Position numbers and translations under genes: made by a program. DNA of 63,685 bases, filler included, from Octopus bimaculoides (lineage: Eukaryota): assembly GCF_001194135.2 (NCBI RefSeq). It is 4 parts of 4 records of this genome, joined end to end, with 100 filler letters (N's around TTAATTAATTAA, not from the genome) between each part and the next. Parts side by side here need not be neighbours in the genome. Positions count along the whole stretch, not along the records: positions 1 to 25,514 come from NC_068982.1; 3 more parts are not named here. The stretch is one strand, 5' to 3'. The notes below the pieces were generated by a model. That model saw only the letters and a list, made by a program, of their open reading frames with translations, searched no databases and had not been told where the DNA came from. Below are positions 11,976 to 25,194 of the stretch, piece after piece; positions within the stretch are counted from its first letter, which is position 1, and each line of letters opens with the position of its first letter.

Positions 11976-13484
11976 TTATTGTTATTATTGTTATCATAAC
12001 TATTATTATTATGATAATTATTATTGTTTGTTTTTTTTTTGTTTTTTTGCAGCATCTTGTTTCTAGATTCTTAACACCTGTACTGCTATATTCTGTTTCC
12101 TCTTGACATGCTAAAATAACCAATACATCACATGCAAAACTTCAGAAAAGGAACAATACATTCTATCACTTTTGTTTTCATTCACACACTTACAAAATTG
12201 AATGAACTCACACACACATTCACGCATCTGCCATCCATCACACAAATTCAAACTCATACAGACCACTGAAAACTCAAATCCATCAACAACAAACTGCACT
12301 TCTTTTAATCCGTAAATTGAAGCCCCTCACATGCCTTTCTGCTTCCTCTTTAATATTGAGATATTTAGAAACAAAATTTATCATGAAAATATTTTTTCGA
12401 AATGTACAATATTTTTAAAAGAGGAAAGGATGGGATAGCATAAACTTAATTTACATTGAAGAAAAGAAATGCAACTCCTAATCATGGAGTAAAGAGAAAG
12501 AATTGATAAAAAAAAAAAAACACTAACGAATACTGTTTCTAAATACATCAAAGTTAAGGAGTGGGATATTAGTTGCACTAAACAAAATTTTCAGATCTCA
12601 CTAATGCTGCCACTCCAAAATTATTTTGATGCCTCAGATTATTTCTAAATTCTTGAAAAGTATTGACTGCACCTAATTTTGGGGTTTGGGGTAGAAGAAA
12701 TCTGGAATCTATGGGATGAAAAAAACATTGACACTTGAAAGAAAATCTTGAGAAATCAATAACATAGCTCATTGCTAATCAACACACTAAGACAAAAAAA
12801 AAAAATTTGAAAAATAAATAAAAAATATATAAAGTAAAATGATGGGGCCAATATGTCATGGTACTGATCTGAACCTTTGATAATGGATTCACTGTGTATT
12901 AAGATGAGGTTTAATATATATGATAATTCACCGTTTCTAGTTGAAAACAGGTTCAATATGTTGCCCCTGGATGGTCTAAACTTTACCCTTTTGATACCAA
13001 CTCACTTGATACCACTCTTGTGCAATGATATAAACTACTTTTTTTTAAATGGTCTAAAATTAATACCTTCTATAAGAACTTAATATTGAATTATGTTTGA
13101 AACATGAGATTAAAAACGGTTTCAAATTTTGGCACAAGGCCAGCAAGTTCAGGGGTGGGGTAAGTGATTGCATTTACCCTAGTGTTTAACTGGTACCTAT
13201 TTTATCAACCCCAAAAGGAGGAAAGGCAAAGTTGACTGTGGTGGAATTTGAACTGAGAATGCAAAGATTTAAGGCGGTGCTCTAGCATGGCTGCAGTCAA
13301 ATGACTGAAACATGTAAAAGAATTAAAAACAGATGAAATGCTGCCAAGCGGTGTATTGATGATTCTGCCAGCTCATTGCCTTAAACATGAAATTAATAAC
13401 GGCAGTTAGTTTATGAAATACATAATTATCTAAAAAATTAATTGAAATAAAAGTTGTATATTTTTTCTTAGATATTTCATACAA

Positions 13485-14018
13485 TGCCAGTGTCATATAA
13501 CTAGCACATAAAAAGCACCCTTGAACACTGGGCGATATGCTGTGCTTGAGAAGACCTGTCAATCTAAGTGAAATCATAATCATGGCTGATGCCAGTGTCA
13601 TGGAACTGGCACCTGTGCTGGTGGCACATAAAAAGCACTGTTCAAGCATTGGATCTCATGGAGAGAGTGACAAATGATTGAGACCTTTAGCAATATACCG
13701 TGCTTGAGAAGACCTGTCAAGCCAAGTGAGATTGTAGTCATGGCTGATGCTGGTGCTGCGTGATTGGCACCCATGCCAGTGGCATGTAAAAAGCACCCAT
13801 TACACTCTTGCAGTGGTTGGTGTTAGGAAGGGCATCCAGCCATAGAAACCATGCCAAATTAGGTGGGAACCACTCCAAAAGTGTAGTGGGTGTTTTTTAT
13901 GTGACACTGGCATTAGCCATGACTACAACTTCACTTGGTTTGACAGGTCTTCTCAAGCACAGAATATAGTCAAACATTCAAAGGGTGCTTTTCACATGCT
14001 AGTTAAGTAACACTGGCA
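13485..14018. repeat. Tail-to-tail fused inverted SINE fragments
   Basis: 13485-13610 matches the reverse complement of 13900-14018 (shared GTGCTTGAGAAGACCTGTCAA block). Junction near 13862. Confidence 0.75.
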
Positions 14019-14501
14019 TCATAGTGCTGTATATTCTTGCAGAATATTTGAAATGAATGATACTGTATGACAGTGACCATCATTTACAACTACCCTTGCT
14101 GAATAAAATCTAATAATAATTCTGATTAGAGAATAATTAGAACTCCCAATATATCAGTGATACATGCTGAGAAATACACATCTATGAATAAAGCCATCAG
14201 TTCAACTGTTTATCCAAACAAGACAATAACAATGAAACATGCTAACCATCTTACATCTGGAACAGTATACTTTACATTGTATAAATGTAATGAGTAATTA
14301 TAGCTTCATTAGATGTTCTATTGAAGGGGATGTGGAAAATAAATGAAGTATTGTTCAATTAGTAGATACTTCAGGTGTATTCTATAGAAGTAGTAACAAC
14401 TTGTGAAGACATATCTGTGTTGGAGAAAAGGTCAGAGAGGCATAAATGAAGCAATAGAAAGTGAACATATTTTCATTCTTTGGCTCTCTTATGCACATAT
14501 T

Positions 14502-14745
14502 TCAACCCTTTAATGTTTAAACTGGCCATATCTGGTGAAAATATTCCACCATCTTTGTTTTCAAACTGGCCTCTCACAACTACCCTGCGCAGGCGTGCCT
14601 GTGTGGTAAGAAGCTCGCTCCCCAACCACATGGTTCCAGGCTGACTCCCACACTGTGGCACTTTGGGTAAGTGTCTTCTTCTATAACTTGAGCTGACCAA
14701 AGCCTTGCAGATGGATTTGGTAGCAGGGAACTGAAAAAAGACCAT

Positions 14746-14789
<44 letters not shown>

Positions 14790-15289
14790 GATAATGTGTG
14801 TCTTTGTGTCTACGTTTATCTCCCACCACCACTTGACAAACAGTGTTGATGTATTTACATCCTTGTAGTGGTTCGGCAAAAGAGACCGATAGAATAAATA
14901 CTAGGCTTAAACAAATAAGTCCTGGGGTTGATTTGTTTGACTAAAACCCTTAAAGGCAATGCCCCAGCATGGCCACAGTCAAATGACTGAAACAAGTAAA
15001 AGGCAAAAGAAACAATTACACCATCAAAATCTCAAAGCTATGAGATAATGTATGATTAATTCAAAACAATGTTAATTGATAAGCATTACATTTGACAGAG
15101 TAATCTGAATGCTAAAGGGTTTAACCAGCCAAATCCAGCATCTCGCACTTATCGCACGATGTCATTTTGAAAATAAACAATCACATGATCTAAATCTCAA
15201 AGCTATGAAATAATATATGCTTAAAATTCAAAACAATGCGCATAAATAAACATCACATTTGACAAAGCAATTCGAATGCTAAAGAGTTA
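14502..15289. mobile_element. piggyBac-type MITE interrupted by two SINEs, followed by a tandem partial copy
   Basis: Left end AACCCTTTAATG at about 14504 and right end TGCTAAAGGG-TTTAA at 15110-15124. SINEs occupy about 14588-15005. A second right end TGCTAAAGAG-TTAA lies at about 15289. Confidence 0.55.
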
Positions 15290-15608
15290 AAATGTTTAAT
15301 ACATGCCACCACACATAATGAATATGAGGTTAAAGTGATGAATTAATGACACCATAGCCTTAACTGTGCTTGCTCTAATTTTCTGGAGTGAACAGAAAAA
15401 CCAATTTTTTCAATGAAATAAATGAAAATTCAAGGTTGTATGGTAGGAAGTGAACCTGGGTATAAAAAGCTCCTGACCTCACTTCTAACAAATATATTTT
15501 GTCGCCAATGAACCAAATCTCCCTCAAATTGAACCTTACTGTCTTAACTTTGCTCAAATTGTACCTTACTAAACCTCAAATCATACCTCACCAATACTAA
15601 TGCTTATC

Positions 15609-16052
15609 TTAACCCTCTAGCATTCAAATTAATCTGTCCAACGAAATACTTATCTATTCACATTGTTTTGAATTATATTGGGTTGTCTGGAAAATTCGTG
15701 CCGATTTTTAAAGGAAAGAAAAAAGGTCAATAAATACTTGCCATTACATTTTTAATCAACCAAATATGAACTATTTTGTTGCACAATGCGTCTCCATCTT
15801 TCCTTTAGCTTGAAAATACCCTCTTCCTAGAATTGAGGTGGTTTTGTGGCAAATAAGTCGAAAGGTAAGCTACTATAAATCAGCACGAACTTCCCGGACA
15901 ACCCAAATATTACCTTGTAGCTATAGAATTTTGATGATATGGTTGTTTACTTTAAGAATAACATTGTCAGGAAGGTGTGAGAGGCTGGATCTGACTAGTT
16001 TGAACATAAAACAAGTAGAATATTTGGGTCAGTTTAAATGCTAAAGGGTTAA
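15609..16052. mobile_element. TTAA-flanked piggyBac-type MITE containing a nested mariner MITE
   Basis: TTAA-CCCTCTAGCA ... TGCTAAAGGG-TTAA. An uninterrupted relative lies at 24421-24650. Confidence 0.75.
15678..15907. mobile_element. TA-flanked mariner-type MITE
   Basis: TIRs TTGGGTTGTCTGGAAAATTCGTGCCGATTT and reverse complement TTGGGTTGTCCGGGAAGTTCGTGCTGATTT, with TA on both sides. Confidence 0.8.
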
Positions 16053-17659
16053 TAGGAGCAAATGCATGTTGGACATGGAATTTTTACAGAATCTCTGATC
16101 ATACCTTAATAATCCTAACGCTAAACTTAACACAGTAAAATGCATATCGGATATGGAATTTGATGGATACATTCTTCTTGCCAAAAAGACAACATAGTTA
16201 CAGATGGAATTCCAGGTGAATGAATCACTTTCTAATCATTTGACTGAGTCCCCACTTTCCATAAATCAGCTCAATTACGTGAGAAGAGGGAGGGCTGAAT
16301 CTAAATAAGAACGGTTCTGCCCATGCATGAATGGCAAAAAGATAGAATGTAACACTGTAAAAAAAATCATACACACACAAAAGAAAAAGAGAGAAGAATG
16401 AAACCAAGAATAAAATTAAATTTTGCATATTATTATCTAAATTATTATCATAAAAAATAAATTCCTCACGAGAACCATATTAGTTAAGCTACTGTGCTAC
16501 AACTATTTACTTCAAAGATACCAGTTCAAACCTGACCTCTCTCTCTCACACACACATGCATACACATGCTCTCTTTACCAACATAAACGATGATGATGAC
16601 ATCAATGAGCCAAGATTTTACAAGCTTGTTTGACCTGTTAGAAATAGCAGACAAATACTCAAATCATGCTTCATCATATTTTCAAAAGGAAAAAAAAAAC
16701 CCAAAGCAAAACAAATGGAAGGATAAATTGGATATTGTAGTCTGAGATAAACACTGTTTGGAAAGGCAGGATGGTCATGGTGAGAATGGCTTGCTGCAAC
16801 TATTTTTTGGTTGAATATTTAGAATTAGTAAAAGAGATCCTAACTGTAAAATACGTAATCGTTCCATGTAAATATTTGAAGTTGGCAGTGAAGTACATGC
16901 ACAGCTGTGAGGTAAGTAGTTTGCTTCCCAACAACATGGTTCTGGGTTCAGTCCCATGGCGTTGCACTTTGGGCAAATATCTTCTGCTATAGCCTCAGGC
17001 CAGCCAAAACCTTGTGAGTGGATTTGATAGATAGAAACTGAAAGAAACCTGTCATATATACATGTATGTGTGTGTGTGTGTGTGTTACTGTCTCCTTGCC
17101 TTAATTTCATGTAAAAGTTGTAAATGAGTCACCAACATGCAAGCAGTGTCCTTCATTTACAGTCTTCCTTGGAAACATGTCTGGTCCTGGAGAAATGTTA
17201 CTTTACTTTATAACAGGTGAGGGTCGGCAACAAGCAGGGCTTCCAGCTGTAGAAAAATGTGCCTCAGCAAACCCCATTCAACCCATATGAGCATAATGCA
17301 TTTGTTAGATTGCCTGCAGTGTTACATAGATGATGCATATTTGTACATGCATGAGCATCCATACACACACACACACACAAACGTGAGCCAATTAGAGAGC
17401 CCCAGTAGTGTGACTGGATTTGCCAGAAATAGCAGCCAAATTCTCCTCTAATTATGCCATGAAAATTCAACTTGATTGCTACCTGAAAGAATAAAAGGTA
17501 AAGTTAACCTCAGCAGGATTTGAATTTGAAACATGAAGAAATTCCATTAAATATTTTCTCTGATGTGCTAATGATTCTGCCAGCTTGCCATCTTAGAGCC
17601 GGCCGTAAGTGAAAGACAACCTAACATAATGTTAAGTGGCAGGTGCTAAATTTCAATTT

Positions 17660-18390
17660 TCTCATTTCTCTTTCAGATATATTGACAGCATCAACATAGC
17701 AGATTCTAGTCCAGTTTCACACATGAAATGAAAAGGTGTACCATGTTTGTAGCTGTCAACAACAGAGATGTGGAGATTGTCAGCTTCTTGAAGGAGGTTG
17801 GGTACACCATGTTCGAGTTTGGGAAAAAAGACTTGGGACCCTATGGCTAATATTGTCAAGGTGGCCTAATTTGCTCAGCAGTTCCGGGACTGCATCAACA
17901 ACAACCCAAGGAAGACAAGGAGGGCCATCACTGAGCAGCTCAAATTGGTTGAGTTCACATTTGAATGTGTGGGACATGAGGCCATCAAGAACAAGTCCTA
18001 CATGATGAGGGAGTGAAAGTTTATGGTCAGCAAGACTCAGGGGAACTGTGTGATTTATATGATCCGCAACAACCTGTGGCATCCTAGCTCACCTGATTTC
18101 AACCCTCAAGAATACTGCATCTGGGCACCACTGGGTGTGGAGTGACTGACAAGGAGCTCTATGGTATCAGGGTCTCATTGGGAACTGCTGTCAAGAGCAT
18201 ACTGAGGAGCATAGGGTTGGGGCATCTGATCCTGCTATGCAGTCACTTCTGTGGTTACAACATAGCCACCAATAGAGATGTTGGTGGTTTTGTTAAATTA
18301 CCTTTTTCTTTGATATATTTAGTTGAACATGTATATTGTTTTTCAAGAAAGATGTTTTTTTCTGCTTAGTGTCTTGGTTTTACTTTGTAT
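17660..18390 (+). pseudogene. Degenerate Tc1/mariner (maT/DD37D-like) transposase remnant
   Basis: Fragments INNNPRKTRRAITEQLKL...KSYMMR (HTH region) and LWHPSSPDFNPQEYCIW (WPPxSPDLNPxD-like), then a ...GGFVK C-terminus. Stops, frameshifts and an internal deletion are present. Confidence 0.65.
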
Positions 18391-19362
18391 TTTGTTTTGT
18401 TCTCAATTGCCTGAGAGATAAGCAAATGGATATGGTAGGAATACCTTTCACCATAGGTCCGTTCATTCAGGGCTGACACAGAGCTAAACAATACTTATGA
18501 AACAAATAAAACCATATCTACATATGCATGCATGCACACACAGCTGCATTTTCCATTACTGTGACTGAAATTTAACAGTCTCTAAGCAATCTTCCACTAG
18601 CAAGCAGTGATTTCTGTGGTAAGATGTCTTCTTGGTATGTCTTGTTTATTGTTAATTCAGTAGCTTCTTATACCCTAATTTTTCTAACCCATGTAAATTC
18701 ATCAGGCTATCTTCACCTTGTCAGTCTTTCTAGACCACAGCCTAAACATAGCATCTCACAAGGGTACTCTTTCCCAAACAATTTCTTTAACAATTTTCTA
18801 ACCTAACAATTAACCTTAGAACATTAACATCATGAACAGAAGCATCTACATATTCTGATGGAAAAAATCAGGAAATTCTAATCAAAGCCATGAATGCCCT
18901 TTCACCTTGACTTTCGAACATCAGAGTATCAAATATACAAATAAAACACTTGTCATGTTTATTGTGTCATATTTTCTAGTTTAAGTTTCAAACCTTCAAG
19001 TTCATTAAGCAGGAGCTTACTCCAGTTTCTGAGGCAAGTCTTCTGAAGAGGATACTCATCCCTTACAGGGTAGACTCGAGTAGCATTAAATGAAGTGCCT
19101 TGCCCAATGACACAATTTGCCACCTGATGCAAGAACTGAGCCCTTGATCTTACAGTTGTGAACCCAGCATCCAAAACATGAGGCTATGTGCTTTGCAAGC
19201 TAGATCACAGTGCAAGCATTGCATCTCCAAAAGAAACACACTTTCTCAAGCAATTTCAGCACTTCAGTTGACAACCTAAAGTTAACATTAAACATCAGCT
19301 TCATGAAGAGAACATTATCTTGATCGAGGAGATCTTAAACAAAGTCATGAGTGCCCCCTCAC

Positions 19363-19478
19363 CTCAACTTCAGCTTAATGAATGTATAAAACAAAGTTAA
19401 CTCGGTGATTTCTGCAACAGAAATAATGGTCAAATCAGAAGACTTTTCTGATTCTTCAATTTAGCCGATCAATCTTTT
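19363..19478 (-). other. Candidate non-coding (UTR-type) exon
   Basis: Acceptor tttttctgttccactttag and donor GAG|gtgagg. All frames are closed from this acceptor. An alternative acceptor at 19411 leaves one frame open. Confidence 0.25.
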
Positions 19479-20985
19479 CTAAAGTGGAACAGAAAAATCA
19501 TAATCAAATGCAACATATGCAACTTTCCTAATTGTTATAGCTATGGCAGAGGCTTTAAAGATTCAGATCAAGAGAAAACGAGATTTAATGCTAGACAAAT
19601 ATAAAATTTTGTATCAATAAGCGAAGCCATTACAGGGGGAAAAAAAATTTCTGAAAGGTTACATAAAAACTATCACTAAAAGAGCATCAATAAAAGAGAG
19701 AGAGAGAGAGAGAGATAATTGCATTTCAGGGGAACATCTGCCATTAGATATTCACAAACATAAAAAAAGAACTGGTTGATCAGGTTTCTCTCATACTATC
19801 TTGATTGGGTTGTCTCAAAGTAGAGACCAATATATGAAATCACAGATTACAGTTTATTTTATGAAATGTTCTCATCTAAAAACTTACAATAGAACACTTT
19901 ATATGTCTGGTTTATTCATTTTTATGGTATATGTGTGCATGGATATGGTAGTGAGTTGGTTGAATCCTTAGAGCATCAAGCAAAATGCTTTGTGGAAATT
20001 AGATATGGTCCTCAACATTCTGAGTTCAAATCACACGAGTCAGCTTTTTTTCCCTCTTCTAAGAGCAATAAACTAAATAACCAGTTAAGTACATGGTTCA
20101 ATACAAATAACTACCCTACTGCTCCATAATTACCTCTGATCACTGAAAGACCAATCAATCAACACTCTTTATAAACACTGATGTGCCAGCATGGAAAGCG
20201 GATGTTAGATGATGATGATGATGATGATACAAGCCAACAATTTCAGGGGTGAGTCAATTACATCAACCCCTGTATTCAGCTGGTACTTATTTTATTGACC
20301 CCCAAAAGGATCAAAGACAAAGTCAACCTTGGTGGAATGTGAAACTCAGAACTGCAGCCATGCAGACATACTACTTTGAAAGATTTAGTCAGACAAATTG
20401 ACCCCTGTACCCCAGTATTTATTTTTAAAGTTTGGTTAGAGTCTTACTGTGGCACCAACCTAACCAAGGCCCTGTGAGTGAATTTATAGACAGAAACTGT
20501 GTGGAAGTCTGTTGCATGCATATATATATATATATATATATATATAAAGAAATAATTAAGACTGAGTTGAATTAGGTACATAAGTTGAGACACCAAGTCA
20601 GTCTGGTATTATCCACACAACACGAAATAAGGTGAATATATTCACCTATATAATCAGAAATGGCTCTGGTGAAAGTAGCATTAATTTTTATAGTTTATTC
20701 AATTTTTCTCCTCTGATCAAAAGACCAATTAGATATATATATATAATCTTTTACTTGTTTCAGTCATTTGACTGTGACCACACTGGGGCACCACCTTGAA
20801 GACTTTTTAGTTGAATGAATCGACCCGAGTACTAATTTTTTAAAGCTGGGTACTTACCCTATTGATCTCTTTTGCTGGACTGCTAAGTTACAGCAACACA
20901 AATACACCAGTTATCAAGCAGTAGCAGTGGTGGGGTACAAATGCAGACACAAAAATACATACATATATATGTGTGTGTGTGTATG

Positions 20986-21030
<45 letters not shown>

Positions 21031-21398
21031 TATTCTTTTACTTGTTTCAGTCATTTGACTGTGGTCATGTTGGTGGCAGTACTTATTCTTTGTAAGCTTA
21101 GTACTTATTCTATCAGTCTTTTTTGCCAAACCTCTAAGTTACAGAGACATAAACACACCAACATCAGTTGTCAAGCAATGGTGGGAGTAGAGAGAACACA
21201 CAAATACATACATACATACATACATACACACACACATACAATGGGCTTCTTTCAGTTCCCATCTACAAAATCCATTCACAAGGATTGTGTCAGCCCGAGA
21301 CTATAGTAGAAGACACCTGCCCAAGATGCCATGTAGTGGGACTGAACCCCAAACCATGTGGTTGGGAAGCAAGCTTCTTGCCATACATGAATATATAC

Positions 21399-21432
<34 letters not shown>

Positions 21433-21786
21433 ATCTACACACACATGATGGGCTTCTTTCAATTTCTGTCTACAAAATCCACTAACGAAGATTTGGTCAG
21501 CCCAAGGCCTACAGTAGAAGACACTTGCCCAAAAGTTCCATGCAGTGGGACTGAGCCTGGAACCATGTGATTGAGAAGCAAACTTCTTACTATACAGTCA
21601 CACCAGTGATTATGATATATATATATATATATATATATAAAGATTTATTTATCATAATGAGATAAAAAAACCAAGGCTGTGTGCATTATAGAACATTTAT
21701 AAACAGAAGGTCTTACAGCTATNNNNNNNNNNNNNNNNNNNNNNNNNNNNNNNNNNNNNNNNNNNNNNNNNNNNNNNNNNNNNNNN

Positions 21787-21819
<33 letters not shown>

Positions 21820-22964
21820 ATATAATATGAATGAGGGAAATAGAATATGGAATTTAACTCCATTTTCCATTTCCCTCATTCATTATAAACTCAATGAACA
21901 CTGCAGAGTTCCTGAGGTAGATCCTGTGACATATCAAAACTGTGGATGACATCAGGTAGCCTAAACAGTTAAAGTGCTTTAATTGGCATACTACTAACTA
22001 TATACCCAAAGTCCAAATAATTATTTATACGTGTGTGTGTGTGTGTGCATATAATTGTCTGTCTTTGTATTTGTACCCCACACTCCTACCCTTATGCTTG
22101 GAAACTGGTGTTTGTTTGTTTATGTCCTGGTAACTCCTACCTTAATGTTCAGGCCTGTACCTATGATTGAAACAATTATACATGAAATAAAGAATATTTT
22201 GAAAACTAGTGAACTGATGTAGTTAGTTTGGTAACTGATTTAGTATCACTCCACTATGAATTAACAGTGAAGCAGATTGAAGAGCCACTATGTGACTGTT
22301 AGGCTTGCTAGAGACAGCAGCTGACTCTCCTATTCACAGCCTACTATCTAGAAAAAGGGAAGAGACAGTGGATGATTAATTATGCCTGAGATTGTATTGT
22401 AGTCATATCTGGAATACTTTTAATGATATGACTTTTGATAGATGACCTAGAGTTAAACAGCAACATTAGTGCAAGTTTTGCCAAGGTAGAAGATTTGAGG
22501 ATTAAAATCACCTTAATTTCATAAGATTTATTCCTACCAGAGTTTTCTATTTTGCAAAATCTTGAAATAAGATTAAAAGTGAGTTTGTTGTTTTTTTTTT
22601 GTTTCAGAAACTTTTGAAATTATAGGAAAATAAGGTGATTTTGAAGAGTATAAAAATATTTGTTTGGTTTCAAATGCAGTATTCTTTAAATTTGTACAAG
22701 AACTTTAGAGTAAAAATCTGCATCTCACTAACTGATACTGAATAAGAAATATAAGAAAATAAAAATCTGCCACGAAACAAAGAAATAAAAAAAAGACTAG
22801 ATATCCAATGAAACCAGACAAAAGGCAATTTCTGACAACAACCAAACGTCTCCCTTTAAAAAAAGATCATGAGATTTAATAGCAAAAGTTTTAATAAACT
22901 GTGGATTTTACTTACTTTTCTAAAACATGAACAAAAGAATGAATCATTAAACAAACTTGTTTAC

Positions 22965-22988
22965 TTAAGAGCAGTTTTATGATATTCA
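22965..22988 (-). CDS. Candidate 24-nt microexon (xEYHKTALx, phase 2-2)
   Basis: gtttcgtttttattttatacgacag|TGAATATCATAAAACTGCTCTTAA|gtaaac. Flanks are unique and locally retain CpG. Confidence 0.2.
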
Positions 22989-23559
22989 CTGTCGTATAAA
23001 ATAAAAACGAAACACTTTTAATGAACTGGAAATTACTAGTAAAAGATTTTAACTATATTTCTATACAGTTGCTAGGCTTGAGAAATGGAGATAATGGCTT
23101 TGATTTCTTTTGACTACTATATGAACAAGTTGTGTTGAGAAATACTTGCATTTAGTTAAATTGATTCCACTTTATTTTATCCACCCCATTTAAATGAAAA
23201 GCAAGAGGTTACTAGTGAAGTTAGAACACTGAATAGATAAAATGCTTCTGAAAGCAGGACACTATCTTCAGTAACAATTTTTGTTTTTGTCTTATTAATT
23301 TAACACATTACCATATTGATTTCAAATTTTGGCACAAGGCTAACAATTTTGGGGGAGGGGGTAAGTCAATAACATCGCCCCCGCCAACACTCAACAAGTA
23401 TTTGTTTTATAGAGCCTGAAAGGATGAAAGACAAAGTGGACCTCAGCAGAATTTGAACTCAGAACATGAAGGCAGATGGAATATTGTTAAGCATTTTTGC
23501 CCAGTGAGCTAATGATTGCGCCAGCTCGCTGCCTTGATGCATATAAACATATTAACTGG

Positions 23560-23785
23560 GGAAAAATATTGCAGGATGAATTCTTGAAGCTGAACCAACT
23601 AGCAGGAGACCTGAGGGTAAATCAAGTGCAAGATAGTTGGATGATATTCATTCCCATTGGTCATGTTTGGGAATGCAGCCAGAGAGTCTAATGACAGTTG
23701 CTTCTGATAGGATCCTATGGAGGAGGTACCTGAGAACTCTACCCCCATGGCCCTCTGAGGAATAGTGGGCAGAGAAAATGGATGT
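23560..23785 (+). mobile_element. RTE-like LINE 3' remnant
   Basis: Reading RRPEGKSSAR*LDDI...VASDRILWRR resembles the RPRGRP..RWxD...AxDRxxWR C-terminus of RTE-type ORF2. Confidence 0.55.
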
Positions 23786-24420
23786 TAACATAAGGCTGTG
23801 AACGTTTGTTTTTATTTAAGCTTCAAGTCAGCCCTGATTGAGCAAACCTAAGATCAAAGATATTCCAATGATGACCACCCTCTCTTAGTGTAGCCAATGT
23901 GTCCTTTTAAGAGAGCAGCATATGAATTTCAATTGGGAGCTGCTGTTATGGTCACAGCTCAAAACTAGAATCAATAGCAAAAAAAAAAAAAAAAAAAAAA
24001 AAAAATAACAAGAAGCAATTGATTAAATAACCTTGAGTACATGTATATTTGTTAAGTATTTATTTCATTAACCCCAAAAGAAGGAAGCAAAGATGTGAGG
24101 CTTAGTGGTTAGGGTGTTGCACTCATGATTCTAAGCTTATGGTTTCAATTCTTGGACTAGGTAATGCACTGTGTTCTTGAGCAAAACACTTCATTTCACG
24201 TTGCTCCAGCCAACCCAGGGGATAATATATATGCTACAGAATCCAGGAAACTGGTCTTGTGAGCTTATGACTTGGGAGGGACCTTTGATCTTTTTATTCG
24301 AAATAAATGAAAGTTAATGTCAAGATCCTGTTAGAATTTGAAATGAGGATAGAAAAGGTTGTAACTAAACACTTTAAAGAGTTTCCTTTGGTGCACTTCT
24401 GCTTCTAACCATCCATTACT

Positions 24421-24650
24421 TTAACCCTTTAGCGTTCAGATTACTCTGTCAAATGTAATGCTCATTTATTCACATTGTTTTCAATTTATCCTGCATTATC
24501 TTGTATCCTTGAGATTTCAATGATGTGATTATTTATATTTAAAATGACATTTTAGAGTAGGTATGAGAAGCTACCTCTGGCCAGTTTTAACATAAAGCAA
24601 GTAGAATATTTTAGCCAGATATAGCTTGTTTAAATGCTAAATGGCTAAAC
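24421..24650. mobile_element. piggyBac-type MITE (uninterrupted copy)
   Basis: TTAA-CCCTTTAGC start and degenerate TGCTAAATGG end. Colinear with 15609-16052 minus the nested insert. Confidence 0.65.
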
Positions 24651-25080
24651 CATATATAACAATGTTCTTTGAAATTGGTGTGTGGACACACATTTTGAGG
24701 GAATGGTACAGTCAATGGACTCCCTCCTCCATCACCAAAATGACACTAAGACTTATTTATTGATTTTGAAAAGATGAAGAACAAAGCTGAATCCTGGCAA
24801 GATTTGAAATTAGGATGTAAAGGGATGTAACAAAATAAGATAAGACAGTTTATCCAGTAATCCAGTATGCTACCATTTCTGTTCATTTTCCCCATTATTA
24901 ACATTGAATGGATAGTAGATGTTATTTTGTCAACATTTCACACTTTCGGTTGAAAATGAAATTGAAAGTAATTCAATTATTCAAGCCTTAAAAAAGTTAA
25001 GTCATATTTCCCTTTCATGTGTATTGAATCAAATAGAGATGAAAAGGGGACAGCAATATTTTTACACCAAATATATATAT

Positions 25081-25130
<50 letters not shown>

Positions 25131-25194
25131 TACATAACATATATATGCATATGTATGTGGCTCTATGGTAAGAAGCTTACTTCCCAACTACATG

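Noticed and set aside
18579-22581. Plus-strand exon pair 18579-18618 and about 22544-22581 joining in frame (SLSNLPLASSDFCEFSILQNLEIRLK)
   Set aside because: No recognisable protein, and a one-in-three chance of phase match.
22916-22919. 4-nt exon-like pattern ttttag|AAAA|gtaagt on the minus strand
   Set aside because: Not frame-preserving and easily produced by chance in T-rich DNA.
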